Shown in pieces: positions 1 through 10,321 of a stretch of DNA of 64,000 nucleotides (positions within the stretch are counted from its first letter, which is position 1; each line of letters starts with the position of its first letter). This DNA is from a virus (lineage: Duplodnaviria > Caudoviricetes). The stretch covers positions 6,121-70,120 of the IMG/VR virus record IMGVR_UViG_2595698628_000001, one strand, 5' to 3'. Below the pieces are notes generated by a model. That model was not told the origin of the DNA. It made no database searches and was given only the letters and a program-made list of their open reading frames with translations. The position numbers and the translations under genes are program-made.

Positions 1-369
1 GAACTTCGCGCGGGCCGACGTCGCGACCACCTGCAGCGGCACGTCATGTTTCTCGCACAGCTCGATCACCCGACCGAATATCCACGGCAGCACCCACGCG
101 CTCTCACCGCGAGCACCGAACGCTAGCGACTCCATGCCGACCGCATCGGGCCGGTCGTCGCCCGTGAAACACCCCTCGATCTGCTCGATGAGCGCGTTGA
201 CGCGCCGGGCCATCGCGCGCTTGCTCTTGTCCTTGGTCGGCTTCGGCGCGCCGACCTCGGCGACGACGGCGATGTAGGCCGCGAGCGGGTTGTCATCCTC
301 GATCGGCTGGACGTCCACGCGGGCCAGACCAGTCGCGGTGAGCGAGGTGTCGATACCGAGGATTCGCAT
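1..369 (-). CDS. RuvC-like Holliday junction resolvase (3' end runs off the window)
   Basis: Translated by hand: MRILGIDTSLTATGLARV...DAVGMESLAF..., the RuvC ILGID..L..TG motif plus a second acidic E; absent from the ORF track because it is truncated. Confidence 0.85.
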   Translation of the reverse strand, partial: MRILGIDTSLTATGLARVDVQPIEDDNPLAAYIAVVAEVGAPKPTKDKSKRAMARRVNALIEQIEGCFTGDDRPDAVGMESLAFGARGESAWVLPWIFGRVIELCEKHDVPLQVVATSARAKF

Positions 370-375
370 GGCGCG

Positions 376-413
376 AGCTTACCCGCCTCCGTCGGGATAG
401 TCGACGCTACACT
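376..413. promoter_or_regulatory. Divergent promoter pair with palindromic operator (379-399)
   Basis: - strand: TCGACT-17bp-TAAGCT-6nt-ATG(369); + strand: TACACT(408-413)-6nt-ATG(420); TTACCCGCC-TCC-GTCGGGATA lies between them. Confidence 0.65.
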
Positions 414-419
414 GGCCCC

Positions 420-821
420 ATGACCCTGATTGTGCTCGTGGTGTACGTCCTCGCCGTCATGCGCCTGACCCGGCTGCTCAACGCTGACACCATCCTCGAC
501 CGCCCCCGCCTCGCGATCATCACCCGAGCGCGGGCCAGCCGGATGGACGCCAACGAGGCACGCGCGCTGGGCCAGGACGTGCGCGCGACGCTGTTGGAGC
601 GCCGGGCGCGGCGGTGGGCGGCGGCGATGTACTGGGTGCAGTGCCCGTGGTGCGTCGGCATGTGGATCGCCCTGGCGACTGCGATTGCGCCAGTCCTGCT
701 GCTGCATTGGCACTGGGCGGCGTTCCTGCCAGTCGCGCTGGCGACCTCGCATCTGGTCGGGGTGTGCGCTCGGTTCGCCGACACCGAGGAGATCGAGGTG
801 CATGAGGATGATGCTGACTAG
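420..821 (+). CDS. DUF1360-like membrane protein
   Basis: Hydrophobic N-terminus, RLTRLL..D motif, CPWCVGMW motif. Confidence 0.75.
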   Translation: MTLIVLVVYVLAVMRLTRLLNADTILDRPRLAIITRARASRMDANEARALGQDVRATLLERRARRWAAAMYWVQCPWCVGMWIALATAIAPVLLLHWHWAAFLPVALATSHLVGVCARFADTEEIEVHEDDAD

Positions 822-847
822 CACCGTCGCCGGATAACCTGACCCTT

Positions 848-2713
848 ATGGCTGCATCGACCTTGCGCATCGTTCGCCGCCCCAAGGGCGCTCCGCGCCG
901 GTCGCTCACGGCAGCGTCGCAGCCGATTGATGACCCGCAGAAGCAGCTCAAGGGGTCGATCACCGGAATGGTCAAGGCCTCGTGGCAAACCGAGGCCTGG
1001 GACATGCTCGACCTGGTGGGCGAGTTGCGGTACTACGTCGGCTGGCGCGCGTCGAGCTGCAGCCGTGTCCGGCTGGTCATCTCCGAGCTTGACGACGACG
1101 GCGTGCCGACCGGCGGCGTTGCTGAGGACAACCCCGACCAGCAGAAGTTGATCGAGGTTGCCCGCGCGATTGCTGGTGGGCGACTGGGCCAGTCGCAGCT
1201 GGTCAAGCGCCTGGTCGAGTGCTTGACGGTGCCGGGTGAGTCCTACATCGCCATCCTGCTGCGTGACGACGGCGAGCACTGGCTGGCCCTGACCCGCGAG
1301 GAGTGGAAAACCAAGCCTGGCGGCGGCATGGACATCGAGATGCCCGACGGCACGATGCACGAGTACGCCAAGGGCGTTGATCGGTTCTTCCGCGTGTGGA
1401 ACCCCCGGCCTCGGCGCGCCAAGGAGGCCGACAGCCCGGTGCGGGCCTGCCTCGACCCGCTCCGCGAGATCGTGCGCACCACCAAGAAGATCAAGAACGC
1501 GAGCAAGTCCCGCCTCATCGGCAACGGTGTCGTGTTCCTGCCGCAGGAGATGAGCCTGCCCGCTGCGCAGGCTCCGATCGCTGCAGGCAAGCCGGGAGAC
1601 CCCGCCCCGGTCTACACCGGCAGCCCGGCAGCCGAGCAGCTGAGCGACCTGCTCTACAACGTCGCCAAGGTCGCGGTGGACGACGAGGACAGCCAAGCAG
1701 CGTTCATCCCGATCTTTGCCACGGTGCCCGGAGAGCACCTGCAGAAGGTGAACCACCTCAAGTTCGGCAACGAGATCACCGAGGTGGAGATCAAGACGCG
1801 CAACGACGCCATTGCGCGGCTCGCAATGGGTCTCGACGTCTCGCCGGAGCGTCTGCTGGGTCTGGGCACCAACTCGAACCATTGGAGCGCCTGGCAGATC
1901 GGCGATGAAGATGTGCAGCTGCACATCAACCCGGTCATGGAGACCATCTGCCAGTTCATCAACGACCAGGTGCTCAAGCGCGTGTTCGAGGACATGGGAC
2001 TGGACCCGAGCAAGTACGTGCTCTGGTACGACGCTTCACAGCTCACCATCGACCCCGACAAGTCGGATGAAGCGACCGAGGCGCACGACCGGGGCGCGAT
2101 CACCTCGGAGGCCTACCGCAAGTACCTCGGTCTGGGCGATGAATCCGGCTACGACCTGACCACGCTCGACGGCTGGAAGCTGCTCGCGCAAGACGTCGTG
2201 GCCAAGAACCCCGAGCTGCTGCAGACGTGGCTGCCGCTGCTCGACGCCGTGGCTGACGTCGAGTTCCCGCAGCCCGTCGCCGCACTGCCACCCGGCGAGG
2301 AGCAACCGACCGAGGAGAACCCTGCCGGAGGTACAGAGGGCGAGGAACCGGGCACCGAGGAGAGCAGCGAGGAGGCCGCAATCACCGCTCGCGTTCACTC
2401 GTCGGCGGAGTACATCTTGGCCGAGCGACTGCTGGTGACCCGAGCGTTGGAGCTGGCGGGCAAGCGCCGGGTGCGCACCAACGATCACGACCAGCGGGCA
2501 CGGCTGTCGAGCTACCCGGCTCACCGCTGGCATCGGATGCTGCCGCCGGTCGCCGAGCAGGACATTCCACGGCTCATCAACGGCTGGGACTCCGCGCTTG
2601 AAGATCAGGCCATCGCGCTGCTCGGGGTCGACACAGAGCAGTTGCGTGCTCACGTCCGCGCTGCGATCTATCGAGAACTGACCAGGCCTGTAGTCGACGC
2701 CGAGGTGGTGTGA
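848..2713 (+). CDS. Portal protein
   Basis: 621 aa, first gene of the head module, NHWSAWQI motif seen in actinophage portals. Confidence 0.85.
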   Translation: MAASTLRIVRRPKGAPRRSLTAASQPIDDPQKQLKGSITGMVKASWQTEAWDMLDLVGELRYYVGWRASSCSRVRLVISELDDDGVPTGGVAEDNPDQQKLIEVARAIAGGRLGQSQLVKRLVECLTVPGESYIAILLRDDGEHWLALTREEWKTKPGGGMDIEMPDGTMHEYAKGVDRFFRVWNPRPRRAKEADSPVRACLDPLREIVRTTKKIKNASKSRLIGNGVVFLPQEMSLPAAQAPIAAGKPGDPAPVYTGSPAAEQLSDLLYNVAKVAVDDEDSQAAFIPIFATVPGEHLQKVNHLKFGNEITEVEIKTRNDAIARLAMGLDVSPERLLGLGTNSNHWSAWQIGDEDVQLHINPVMETICQFINDQVLKRVFEDMGLDPSKYVLWYDASQLTIDPDKSDEATEAHDRGAITSEAYRKYLGLGDESGYDLTTLDGWKLLAQDVVAKNPELLQTWLPLLDAVADVEFPQPVAALPPGEEQPTEENPAGGTEGEEPGTEESSEEAAITARVHSSAEYILAERLLVTRALELAGKRRVRTNDHDQRARLSSYPAHRWHRMLPPVAEQDIPRLINGWDSALEDQAIALLGVDTEQLRAHVRAAIYRELTRPVVDAEVV

Positions 2714-5190
2714 TGTTCCCCGAACCGGGCGAGGCAATCAACCGGACCATCGAGGCGGAGGCGGCACTGACCGACCTCTACGCCGAGGCTTTGAATCAGT
2801 GGGTGGTGTCGGCTGCCGGGTTCGTCTTGCCGACCCTGACTGCTGCAACTCTGCCGCCGGACCCTGATGCCGTCGTTGAAACGTCAGGCGAATGGGATCA
2901 GCTCTCAGAGGTGCTGATCCTATCGGGTCTCGTCGGGATATTTGCGCTTTCGATTTACGAGACCCTAAACGCCATTGATATACCCATTCCCTCGGCGAGT
3001 CTTGGCGCGTCGCGGGCGCGTGAATTGCCTGATCAGGTAGTCCAGTCGCTATTGCGGACCACCGAGGCGACCGTTGAGGAGATCGAGCGTTCGTGGGAGA
3101 TCGTGCAGGGCGACGCGCACCTCAAGCAGGCCTGCGACGACTTCATCGAGACCCAACGTGAACTGGTCGCCGCGACGCCGAGCATCATGCGCGACAAGGT
3201 GGAGGCGGCGGTGCGCGGCGTGACCGCCGAACCCGAACCGGAGATCACAGCCGTGATCAATCGGCAGCGCGAGGCGGTGGCGGCAGTGCTGACACCCGGC
3301 AGTCCAGTCGTTCGCGACGTCGCCCGTAATCAGGGGTACCAGGCTGCGGGAGTGCAGAACGCAGCAGTGGTGAGCGCGGCGGCGTTGAGCGAGGATGCCG
3401 ACGAACTCGACAAGGTGTGGATCGCCACGATTGACGGCAAGACCCGGCCCACCCACTTCGCCGCCGACGGCCAGCGCGCACCCTTGGCCGGTAGTTTCAC
3501 CGTAGGCGGTACGCACCTTGCGTTTCCCGCCGACCCGACCGGCCCGGCGGCGGAGGTCAAGAATTGCCGTTGCAGGGTCGGCATCCTCGCCCACGATGAG
3601 GAGTTGCCCAGTGAGGTCGACCGGCACACTGAGCGTCTTGCCGGACGCGACGCGACAGCGCGCAATCGCGTCGGCTCGCAGTCTGACGAGATCGAGCGCC
3701 GAGCTGAGCGCGGCACTGTCCGCGCCCGCGACGACGATGATGGGATTGGCAGGACCGCTGCCGGTTCACCGAGTGAGGAGCAAGGCATGACCGTCGGCAA
3801 GTCCAACAAGTTCCAGCACGATGAGGTCGGCAGCGCGCCGAACACCACGCTCGCTGCAGCCGAGGATGATGGCGGCGAGGAGCAGAGCGAGACGTTCCGC
3901 ACCTTCACCGACGCCGTGATTGCGCTGCTCGGCGTGTCGACCTCCGATGACCGGATGATCGCCACCGACGCCGAGCTGTCGTACCGGTCGTTCCCGCACC
4001 CGCTCATGTGGATGAAGCAGACCGGCTCCGGCTACGGCGGGCACACCGAGGCCTTCACCGTCGGCGCGATCGAGTCGGCCCGTGTCGAGGGCGACAAGGT
4101 GTTCGGCTCCGGCTACCTGCTCAACACGCCCGAGGCCGATGAGGCGGCGGGCGAACTCGCGCACAAGGTCACCGCGCCGAGCGTCGACCTGGCGCAGACC
4201 GAGTGGAAGCTGACCAACGAGGACGGCGACGAGATCACCGAGGAGGAATGGTGGGATTTGCCGATCGACGCCAAGGTGCTGCAGTGCATCACCGCAGCCG
4301 AGCTGATCGGCACGACGCTCGTGGCCAAGCCTGCCTTCGGCGATACCTCCATCACGCTCAACGCCGAGCGCGAGACCCGCGACATCGCCGTGGTCGCCAG
4401 CGCGGCTGAGGAGTTCCGCCCGCGCGTGTACCCGGCGGAGATGTTCGCCGCACCGGGCCTGACCGAGCCGACGCTGCCGACGATGGACCCCGAGACCGGG
4501 CGGTTCTACGGCCACCTCGCCTGCTTTGGCGCGTGCCACCGCTCGATTCAGTCCAAGTGCGTGATGGCTCCCAAGTCGCCGAGCGACTACGCGCACTTCC
4601 ACACCTCGCCCGCCGTCCGGCTCGATGACGGGCGGTCGCTGCCGGTCGGTCGGCTGACCGTCGGCACCGGCCACGCGCCCGACCACGTGAACGGGCGCGT
4701 TGCTGCAGCGCACTACGACAACACCGGTGCCTGCTTTGCGCTGGTGCGGGTGTATGAGACCGAGGTGGGCATTGAGTTCTCCGGCGTCGCTCACCCGCAG
4801 GCCACACCCGAGCAGATCGAGATGGGCATCACCGCCCCGCTGTCGGGAGACTGGCGCGACTTCGGCCAGGGCCTCGAACTTGTGGCGGCACTGGCGGTCA
4901 ACACGCCCGGCTTCGCTGCACGCGGTCGCGAGGACTCGATGGGCCGACCGGTCGCGCTGGTCGCGTCGCTCGGTCCCGCCCCGTCGACCTCGGCTCAGGG
5001 CCAGGCCGCGCTGACCGCCGAGAGCATCAGCCAGATCGTGGAGGCGGCGTTCGACCGGGCCACGGCCAAAGCCAAGCGCGCGGCGGAGGCCGATGGCCTG
5101 CTGGCTGCGGCGGCGTCCAAGGTGGGCGCACCTCCGCCGGAGCCGACCGAGGCCGATGAGGTCGAGGCACTGCTGGCCAGGGCACGCTGA
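2710..5190 (+). CDS. MuF-like minor head protein / capsid maturation protease fusion
   Basis: MuF signature KVWIATIDGKTRPTHFAADGQ...FPADP...NCRC, followed by a protease-like C-terminal half. Confidence 0.85.
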   Translation: MMFPEPGEAINRTIEAEAALTDLYAEALNQWVVSAAGFVLPTLTAATLPPDPDAVVETSGEWDQLSEVLILSGLVGIFALSIYETLNAIDIPIPSASLGASRARELPDQVVQSLLRTTEATVEEIERSWEIVQGDAHLKQACDDFIETQRELVAATPSIMRDKVEAAVRGVTAEPEPEITAVINRQREAVAAVLTPGSPVVRDVARNQGYQAAGVQNAAVVSAAALSEDADELDKVWIATIDGKTRPTHFAADGQRAPLAGSFTVGGTHLAFPADPTGPAAEVKNCRCRVGILAHDEELPSEVDRHTERLAGRDATARNRVGSQSDEIERRAERGTVRARDDDDGIGRTAAGSPSEEQGMTVGKSNKFQHDEVGSAPNTTLAAAEDDGGEEQSETFRTFTDAVIALLGVSTSDDRMIATDAELSYRSFPHPLMWMKQTGSGYGGHTEAFTVGAIESARVEGDKVFGSGYLLNTPEADEAAGELAHKVTAPSVDLAQTEWKLTNEDGDEITEEEWWDLPIDAKVLQCITAAELIGTTLVAKPAFGDTSITLNAERETRDIAVVASAAEEFRPRVYPAEMFAAPGLTEPTLPTMDPETGRFYGHLACFGACHRSIQSKCVMAPKSPSDYAHFHTSPAVRLDDGRSLPVGRLTVGTGHAPDHVNGRVAAAHYDNTGACFALVRVYETEVGIEFSGVAHPQATPEQIEMGITAPLSGDWRDFGQGLELVAALAVNTPGFAARGREDSMGRPVALVASLGPAPSTSAQGQAALTAESISQIVEAAFDRATAKAKRAAEADGLLAAAASKVGAPPPEPTEADEVEALLARAR

Positions 5191-5408
5191 TGGGCTGCCG
5201 TTGCGGCGGCGGTGCAGGGTCGGGCGCGTCGACCTCCGACATCATCGGGTACCGCGCGTACCTGCCTGACGGGACAATCCTGCCGCCGGTCGATGAGCCG
5301 CCGTTCTTCCAGTACCGCGAGGCTCACACCGAGGTGCTTTTGGCTGGTGGCGGCACCACGCGCGCTATCCGTCGCGCGGGCGACGTCGCCGAGGATGCGC
5401 CCGCCTGA
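5190..5408 (+). CDS. Small hypothetical head-module protein
   Basis: TGATG coupling to the upstream gene; MGCRCGG N-terminus. Confidence 0.7.
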   Translation: MGCRCGGGAGSGASTSDIIGYRAYLPDGTILPPVDEPPFFQYREAHTEVLLAGGGTTRAIRRAGDVAEDAPA

Positions 5409-5523
5409 CCCGAGCGTGCACGGTCGGCGTCTACGTTTCTCAGCAGAGAGTTCCTGATCTGAGCTATGTGCCGGGGCGCGCTCGCCGAAACAACGAGATC
5501 GACACCGAACCAAGGAGTTCGCA

Positions 5524-7371
5524 GTGACTATCCAGAAGCCGATCCCGCGCAATCGCGTGTTCAGCGTTGTCAACGTCGGCCAGTTCGCGGCACGCGCCGG
5601 GTTCACCATGCCCGAGACCCTGCCGGAGACTGCCGCCGAGCTTGAGACGCTGCTCACTGCAGCCCGCGCGGAGGTCAATGTCTACCAGGCGCAGCACGCC
5701 GCCGGTCGCGAGCTGTCGAGCGACGACATCGAGGCGATGCGTGGCCTGCTCTCCGAGGGCGGTCATCTCGACACCTTGGAGGCCGCGCTGGCTGCCGCTC
5801 AGGCTGCCGAGGCGGATCACTCTGCCGAGGTCGCTGGGCTGCTCAGCCGCGCTGCCGGTAACGGCGGTCAGGCTCCGGCTGCAGAGGGTGATTCCGATGC
5901 GCCGGATGCGCCGGAGGACAACGCGGACGACGGTGACGGGGGAGAGGGTGCGGACGCGCCCGAGGGCACCGAGGCGGAGCAGCGTGAGCCGGTTCTGGCT
6001 GGCGCACCGCCCGCGACCAATGGCGGCAATCGCCCGACGTTCACCCGCACCGGCAGCGACGTCATCCCCGGCCACGAGGCCTCGGAGCGCACGCCGGGCT
6101 GGAACATGCACCCCGGTGCTCCCGGCTACCAGGCGGGCATGGGCCAGGTCGGCTTTGCCGACATCGCCCGGTCGCTCGACCGCATCCGCCCCGGCAGCCG
6201 GTCGGCGATGCGCCCCAACCGGCCCAACAAGACGATGGACGGGATGGAGTTCGCCCGCCAGGTGGTCTCCACGCTCGACCGCGACGTGCAGGTGGTCGAT
6301 GACCCGCACGCCTTGGTCGCCGCGATCAACGAGGCGACCAAGGCTGGCAACCTCGCCCGCCCGACGTTCGACAAGGAGACCGGCAGCCTGACTGCGGCGG
6401 GTGGCTGGTGCTCCCCGTCCGAGCAGCTGTACGACTTCTGCGACGTGCCCGACGCCACCGACCTGGTGAGCCTGCCGGAAATCACGATCAACCGGGGCGG
6501 CATCCGCTGGCCGGTCGAGCCTGATCTGTCGGGCATCTTCGAGGAGTTCGAGTGGTTCTTCACCGAACAGCAGTTGGAGGCCACCGACGTCGACGGCAAC
6601 CCGACCGCGATCAAGACGTGCGTCGAGGTGCCCTGCACCGACGAGTTCGCTGAGATTCGTCTCAACGCGGTCGGCTGGTGCGTTGAGGCGGGCATCCTGC
6701 AGGTGCAGGGGTGGCCGGAGCTGGTCGAGTGGTTCATGCGCAACCTCACGCAGGAGCACCTGCGGGCGCTGAGCCGTCGCACCATCCTCGACATGGTGGC
6801 CGGGTCCGGCGCGGAGATCGTCATTCCGGCGACCTCCACGATGGGCGCGATGGCCTCGGTGCTCAACTCGCTGGCCCTGGTGGCGACCAACATTCGCCTC
6901 AAGCGCGGTCTGTCTCGTACCGCCACGATCGAGGGCGTGGCCCCGTCGTGGTTCCACGAGGTCATCCGCGCCGACATCGCCATGCGTGCGGGCGGCGTCG
7001 AGGTGTTCACCGTCACCGATGCTCAGATCGACGCGGCACTGCGGGCGCGCAACATCAGCCTGCAGTTCGTCGGCGACTGGCAGACCCGCGCGGCTGATCT
7101 GCCGGGCAACCTGGCGACCACCACGTGGCCGGACACCGTGAACGTGCTGCTGTACCCGGCGGGCACCTGGTTCCGCTCGATGAGCAACGTCATCGAGCTG
7201 GGCGTGATGTACCCCAAGGAGCAGCTGCAGGTGAACCGCTTCACCCGCATGTTCACCGAGGATGCCATTGCCGTCGGCAAGCGCTGCGGTGAGTCGGTCA
7301 ACGTCAAGCTGACGCTCGACGTGTCCGGCGCGACCGGTGCGCTGCAGCGCCGGACCAACCTGGCTGCGTAA
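5524..7371 (+). CDS. Major capsid (hexamer) protein with N-terminal scaffold-like region
   Basis: AAGGAG RBS, 615 aa, acidic helical N-terminus, GGWCSPSEQLYDFC motif. Confidence 0.85.
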   Translation: MTIQKPIPRNRVFSVVNVGQFAARAGFTMPETLPETAAELETLLTAARAEVNVYQAQHAAGRELSSDDIEAMRGLLSEGGHLDTLEAALAAAQAAEADHSAEVAGLLSRAAGNGGQAPAAEGDSDAPDAPEDNADDGDGGEGADAPEGTEAEQREPVLAGAPPATNGGNRPTFTRTGSDVIPGHEASERTPGWNMHPGAPGYQAGMGQVGFADIARSLDRIRPGSRSAMRPNRPNKTMDGMEFARQVVSTLDRDVQVVDDPHALVAAINEATKAGNLARPTFDKETGSLTAAGGWCSPSEQLYDFCDVPDATDLVSLPEITINRGGIRWPVEPDLSGIFEEFEWFFTEQQLEATDVDGNPTAIKTCVEVPCTDEFAEIRLNAVGWCVEAGILQVQGWPELVEWFMRNLTQEHLRALSRRTILDMVAGSGAEIVIPATSTMGAMASVLNSLALVATNIRLKRGLSRTATIEGVAPSWFHEVIRADIAMRAGGVEVFTVTDAQIDAALRARNISLQFVGDWQTRAADLPGNLATTTWPDTVNVLLYPAGTWFRSMSNVIELGVMYPKEQLQVNRFTRMFTEDAIAVGKRCGESVNVKLTLDVSGATGALQRRTNLAA

Positions 7372-7393
7372 GGTCCAGCGGTAACAGCAGACT

Positions 7394-7442
7394 GAGGGCG
7401 GAATCCGTGAGCAACCCGAGGCCGCTCACGGCTTCCGCCCTC
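7394..7442 (+). promoter_or_regulatory. Long intergenic hairpin between the two capsid genes
   Basis: GAGGGCGGAA-T-CCGTGAGC / GCTCACGG-C-TTCCGCCCTC; no U-tract. Confidence 0.7.
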
Positions 7443-7471
7443 GCTGCATCCACACCTGGGAGGATTGACCC

Positions 7472-8278
7472 ATGACCGCACCCGTGCTGCTGCCGCTGCA
7501 GTTCGAGCCTCCGCTGCAGAACCCGTCGCCGTACGGTCTGTTCGCCGCGACCGCGTGGCAGGTGCCCGCCGAGGTCGGCGACTCGACCGAGGGCGATGCC
7601 GTCCGGCACCTCAACGGCGTCGACTTCCGGCCCGTCGGCAACTACGGCGGTGAAGGTCAGTCCGGCATCTGGCCCAACGACAGCTGCGCGACCGGCACCG
7701 AGCCGACGCCGGGCCTGATCAAAGAGGGTCTGCGCGCTGCAGGCCTGCCGACGTTCGACCCGATCGTGGTGTGGGCCTACGACGAGTGCGACCTGACTGA
7801 GCCGTCGCGCGCCGAGGTGCGCGAGCGGGCTGCGCAGGTGCTCCGGCTTGAGGAGCAGGTCGACGTCGAGCGCGAGCTGGCTGCGAGGATGCTGGCCGAC
7901 GCCGGGGTCATCTCGCAGACCGCCGTCACGCTGGCGCAGGCCATCGGGTACTTGGAGGCGCAGCTGGCGCTGACCAGCACGCTCGGCTTCATCCATATCG
8001 GCGCGCAGTGGGTCGCTCAGGACATGGACCTGTTCCTCAAGGCCGGTACCGCCTACAAGTCGCCGCTGGGACACACCTACGTGATCGGCGGCGGGTACGT
8101 CGATGGCCTCGAAAACTCCATCGTCGCCACGTCTCCGGTCTACGGGTGGCGCGATGAGCCGACCATCCGCGAGGCCATCGAGGAGCGCCACAACACGTTT
8201 GTGGCGGTCGCTGAGCGTACCGTCCTGGTCGGGTACGAACACCTGGTCGCTGCCGTCACCATCGACACCACGCCGTAA
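7472..8278 (+). CDS. Second capsid protein (putative pentamer protein)
   Basis: GGAGGA RBS; 268 aa directly after the major capsid gene, as in cluster-B-type phages. Confidence 0.65.
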   Translation: MTAPVLLPLQFEPPLQNPSPYGLFAATAWQVPAEVGDSTEGDAVRHLNGVDFRPVGNYGGEGQSGIWPNDSCATGTEPTPGLIKEGLRAAGLPTFDPIVVWAYDECDLTEPSRAEVRERAAQVLRLEEQVDVERELAARMLADAGVISQTAVTLAQAIGYLEAQLALTSTLGFIHIGAQWVAQDMDLFLKAGTAYKSPLGHTYVIGGGYVDGLENSIVATSPVYGWRDEPTIREAIEERHNTFVAVAERTVLVGYEHLVAAVTIDTTP

Positions 8279-8290
8279 GAGGAGATCACC

Positions 8291-8956
8291 ATGCCCGCTG
8301 GAATCATCGCGACCGTCGATGACGGCTACGCGACCGTTGACTTCGTGGACCCGACGCTGCGTGGCCCCGGCCTGCAGGCCGTGATCGACATCGCCGGACC
8401 CCACGCCATCGAGACCATCACCCGCAAGGGTCCACGCCGCCAGTACAAGATGCTGGTCGGCAACGCCGAGGCGGCAGGCCTCCTCGATGGGGATGAGTCG
8501 GGCCGACTGCGCACCGCCGGGCCGGACAGCGGCACGGCAGCCGCGCTGGTCGCCGCCGACCCCAACGTCAACGCCGGGGCCGACAACGCGGATTGGCACA
8601 CCCCGTACGACGAGTACACCAGCGCCAACAAGTACGTCGGCGCGACCACGGTCACCGCTGCCCGCGCGGCGGCTGATCCTGCCTTCACCGGTACCGCAAC
8701 CCCTCACGGCGGCACCAACGCTGGCGATACCCCGACTCACGCCGAGGTCATTGCCCACGTCAAGAAGGCTCACCCCGAGGGCGGTTTTGTCGGCTCGACG
8801 CCGGGTGGTGAGCCGATCTATCCCGACGGCGCACCGTCGCTGGAATGGACCCGCGCGCAGCTCGACGCTTATGCAGCGGCGATGACGCCGCCGATCGACA
8901 CGACCGGCCTGGCCAACAAGCAGGCCGTGCTCGACGCCATCGCCGCCAATCAGTGA
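8291..8956 (+). CDS. Putative head-associated protein
   Basis: GAGGAG RBS; C-terminal short helical module (WTRAQLDAYA...NKQAVLDAI). Confidence 0.55.
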   Translation: MPAGIIATVDDGYATVDFVDPTLRGPGLQAVIDIAGPHAIETITRKGPRRQYKMLVGNAEAAGLLDGDESGRLRTAGPDSGTAAALVAADPNVNAGADNADWHTPYDEYTSANKYVGATTVTAARAAADPAFTGTATPHGGTNAGDTPTHAEVIAHVKKAHPEGGFVGSTPGGEPIYPDGAPSLEWTRAQLDAYAAAMTPPIDTTGLANKQAVLDAIAANQ

Positions 8957-8967
8957 GGACAGGTGTA

Positions 8968-9375
8968 ATGACCAGTAATGACCCTGCACCGGCAGGAGGC
9001 CTCCGAGGTCGACTGCAGCTGCTCATCCCCGCCTCGTGGCGTGAAGGCTGGTACCGCATCGCGTCCGGCGCGGTGATGTTCCTGCTTGCGTTCGGCATCC
9101 TCGACGCCAACGAGGCGGCGTTGTGGACCCAGTTCGGTCTCGGACTGGTGACCCTGATCTTCGCCCTGCTTTACGCCTACACACCCGCTCGGGTGGCTCT
9201 GTATGCGTTCCTCGGCGTCGGTGGGTCGGTGCTGCTCTATTACGGCATCGTCACAGACGTTCGCTGGGCCTTGATCACTGCCGCCGTCGCTCAGGCTTTC
9301 GGTATCGCTACCGCAGCCGCCAAGACGGTCACGGTCGATGGTTCCAGCGGCCAAGTGGTCTCTCGCCGGGCGTAA
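8968..9375 (+). CDS. Putative holin (4 TM segments)
   Basis: GAGGA RBS; about 135 aa with four hydrophobic segments; REGWYRI motif. Confidence 0.65.
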   Translation: MTSNDPAPAGGLRGRLQLLIPASWREGWYRIASGAVMFLLAFGILDANEAALWTQFGLGLVTLIFALLYAYTPARVALYAFLGVGGSVLLYYGIVTDVRWALITAAVAQAFGIATAAAKTVTVDGSSGQVVSRRA

Positions 9376-9380
9376 GTCCG

Positions 9381-9725
9381 GTGACGAACCCGTGGGACGG
9401 TCCAAGGCACCGCTCGTGGGCATCCAACACGATGCTCACGTTCATCCTGCTCTTGGTCTGCATCGCGGCCACCGTGACGACAGACATCATCGGTGAGCCG
9501 CCCGCGTACCTCGTGGGCCTGCTCGGCACCGCTGCCGGGGCGTTCTTCACTGCCATCGGCTCCGACAAGCAGAAGCGCGACGCTGACGTGCGCGACACAG
9601 CTGTGGAGGCCAAGAAAACCGCCGAGCGGGCGGAGACCAAGGCCGACACGCTGGGCGAGATCGCCGAGCGCGAGCACCCCGGTGAGCTGCCAGCACCGCC
9701 GTTCGAGGGCGGTGGTAACAGGTGA
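9381..9725 (+). CDS. 2-TM membrane protein with charged C-terminal tail
   Basis: Two hydrophobic helices; start uncertain (9381 GTG or 9432 ATG). Confidence 0.6.
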   Translation: MTNPWDGPRHRSWASNTMLTFILLLVCIAATVTTDIIGEPPAYLVGLLGTAAGAFFTAIGSDKQKRDADVRDTAVEAKKTAERAETKADTLGEIAEREHPGELPAPPFEGGGNR

Positions 9726-10321
9726 CTTCCGTGCTTAGCCTCCTGTACTCGCTGCCGTTCGCCATCGGTCTGGTGGTGGGCGTCGCGGGCATGAAGGTCT
9801 ACCAGCACGCTCAGTGCAAGATCGCCGACGCGCATCACCCGCTGCCCGGCGGGCGACGTCGGCACCCTGCACCGATCAGCCGGGTGTGGGTCGGTGGGTT
9901 CCTCACTGTCGCCGTGCTCGGCTACGTGTTGCTGCAGGTCGGACAGATCGAGTCGCGCTACAAGGGTCTCGCCGACAACGTGCAGCGCTGCCAAGTCGAG
10001 TTTCAACAGGCCTTGGTCGCCCGCTCCAAGATCACGACCGAGAACGACGCGCTCAGCCGGTCGCGGCAGGACTTGCTGCAGGAGTACGGGCGCGCGACGT
10101 CGCTGTGGCTCAGCCAGCTGGTCAATCTGCCCGAGGACATCGCTGAGCTGCCCTCGACCGACCCGCGCGTCATTGCGTGGGGCCAGGCCGTGACGCGGGT
10201 CTACTCCGAGCACGCACTGCGCATCAACACCAAGCTCAACGACATCGGCAAGCGCCAGGAACAGCTCGAACAGGACCGCCGTGACCACCCGCTACCGCAG
10301 GCGACATGTGGAGTGAGCTGA
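9722..10321 (+). CDS. 2-TM membrane protein with coiled-coil C-terminus
   Basis: 4-nt overlap with the upstream gene; two TM segments, then a long helical region with two Cys. Confidence 0.7.
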   Translation: MTSVLSLLYSLPFAIGLVVGVAGMKVYQHAQCKIADAHHPLPGGRRRHPAPISRVWVGGFLTVAVLGYVLLQVGQIESRYKGLADNVQRCQVEFQQALVARSKITTENDALSRSRQDLLQEYGRATSLWLSQLVNLPEDIAELPSTDPRVIAWGQAVTRVYSEHALRINTKLNDIGKRQEQLEQDRRDHPLPQATCGVS

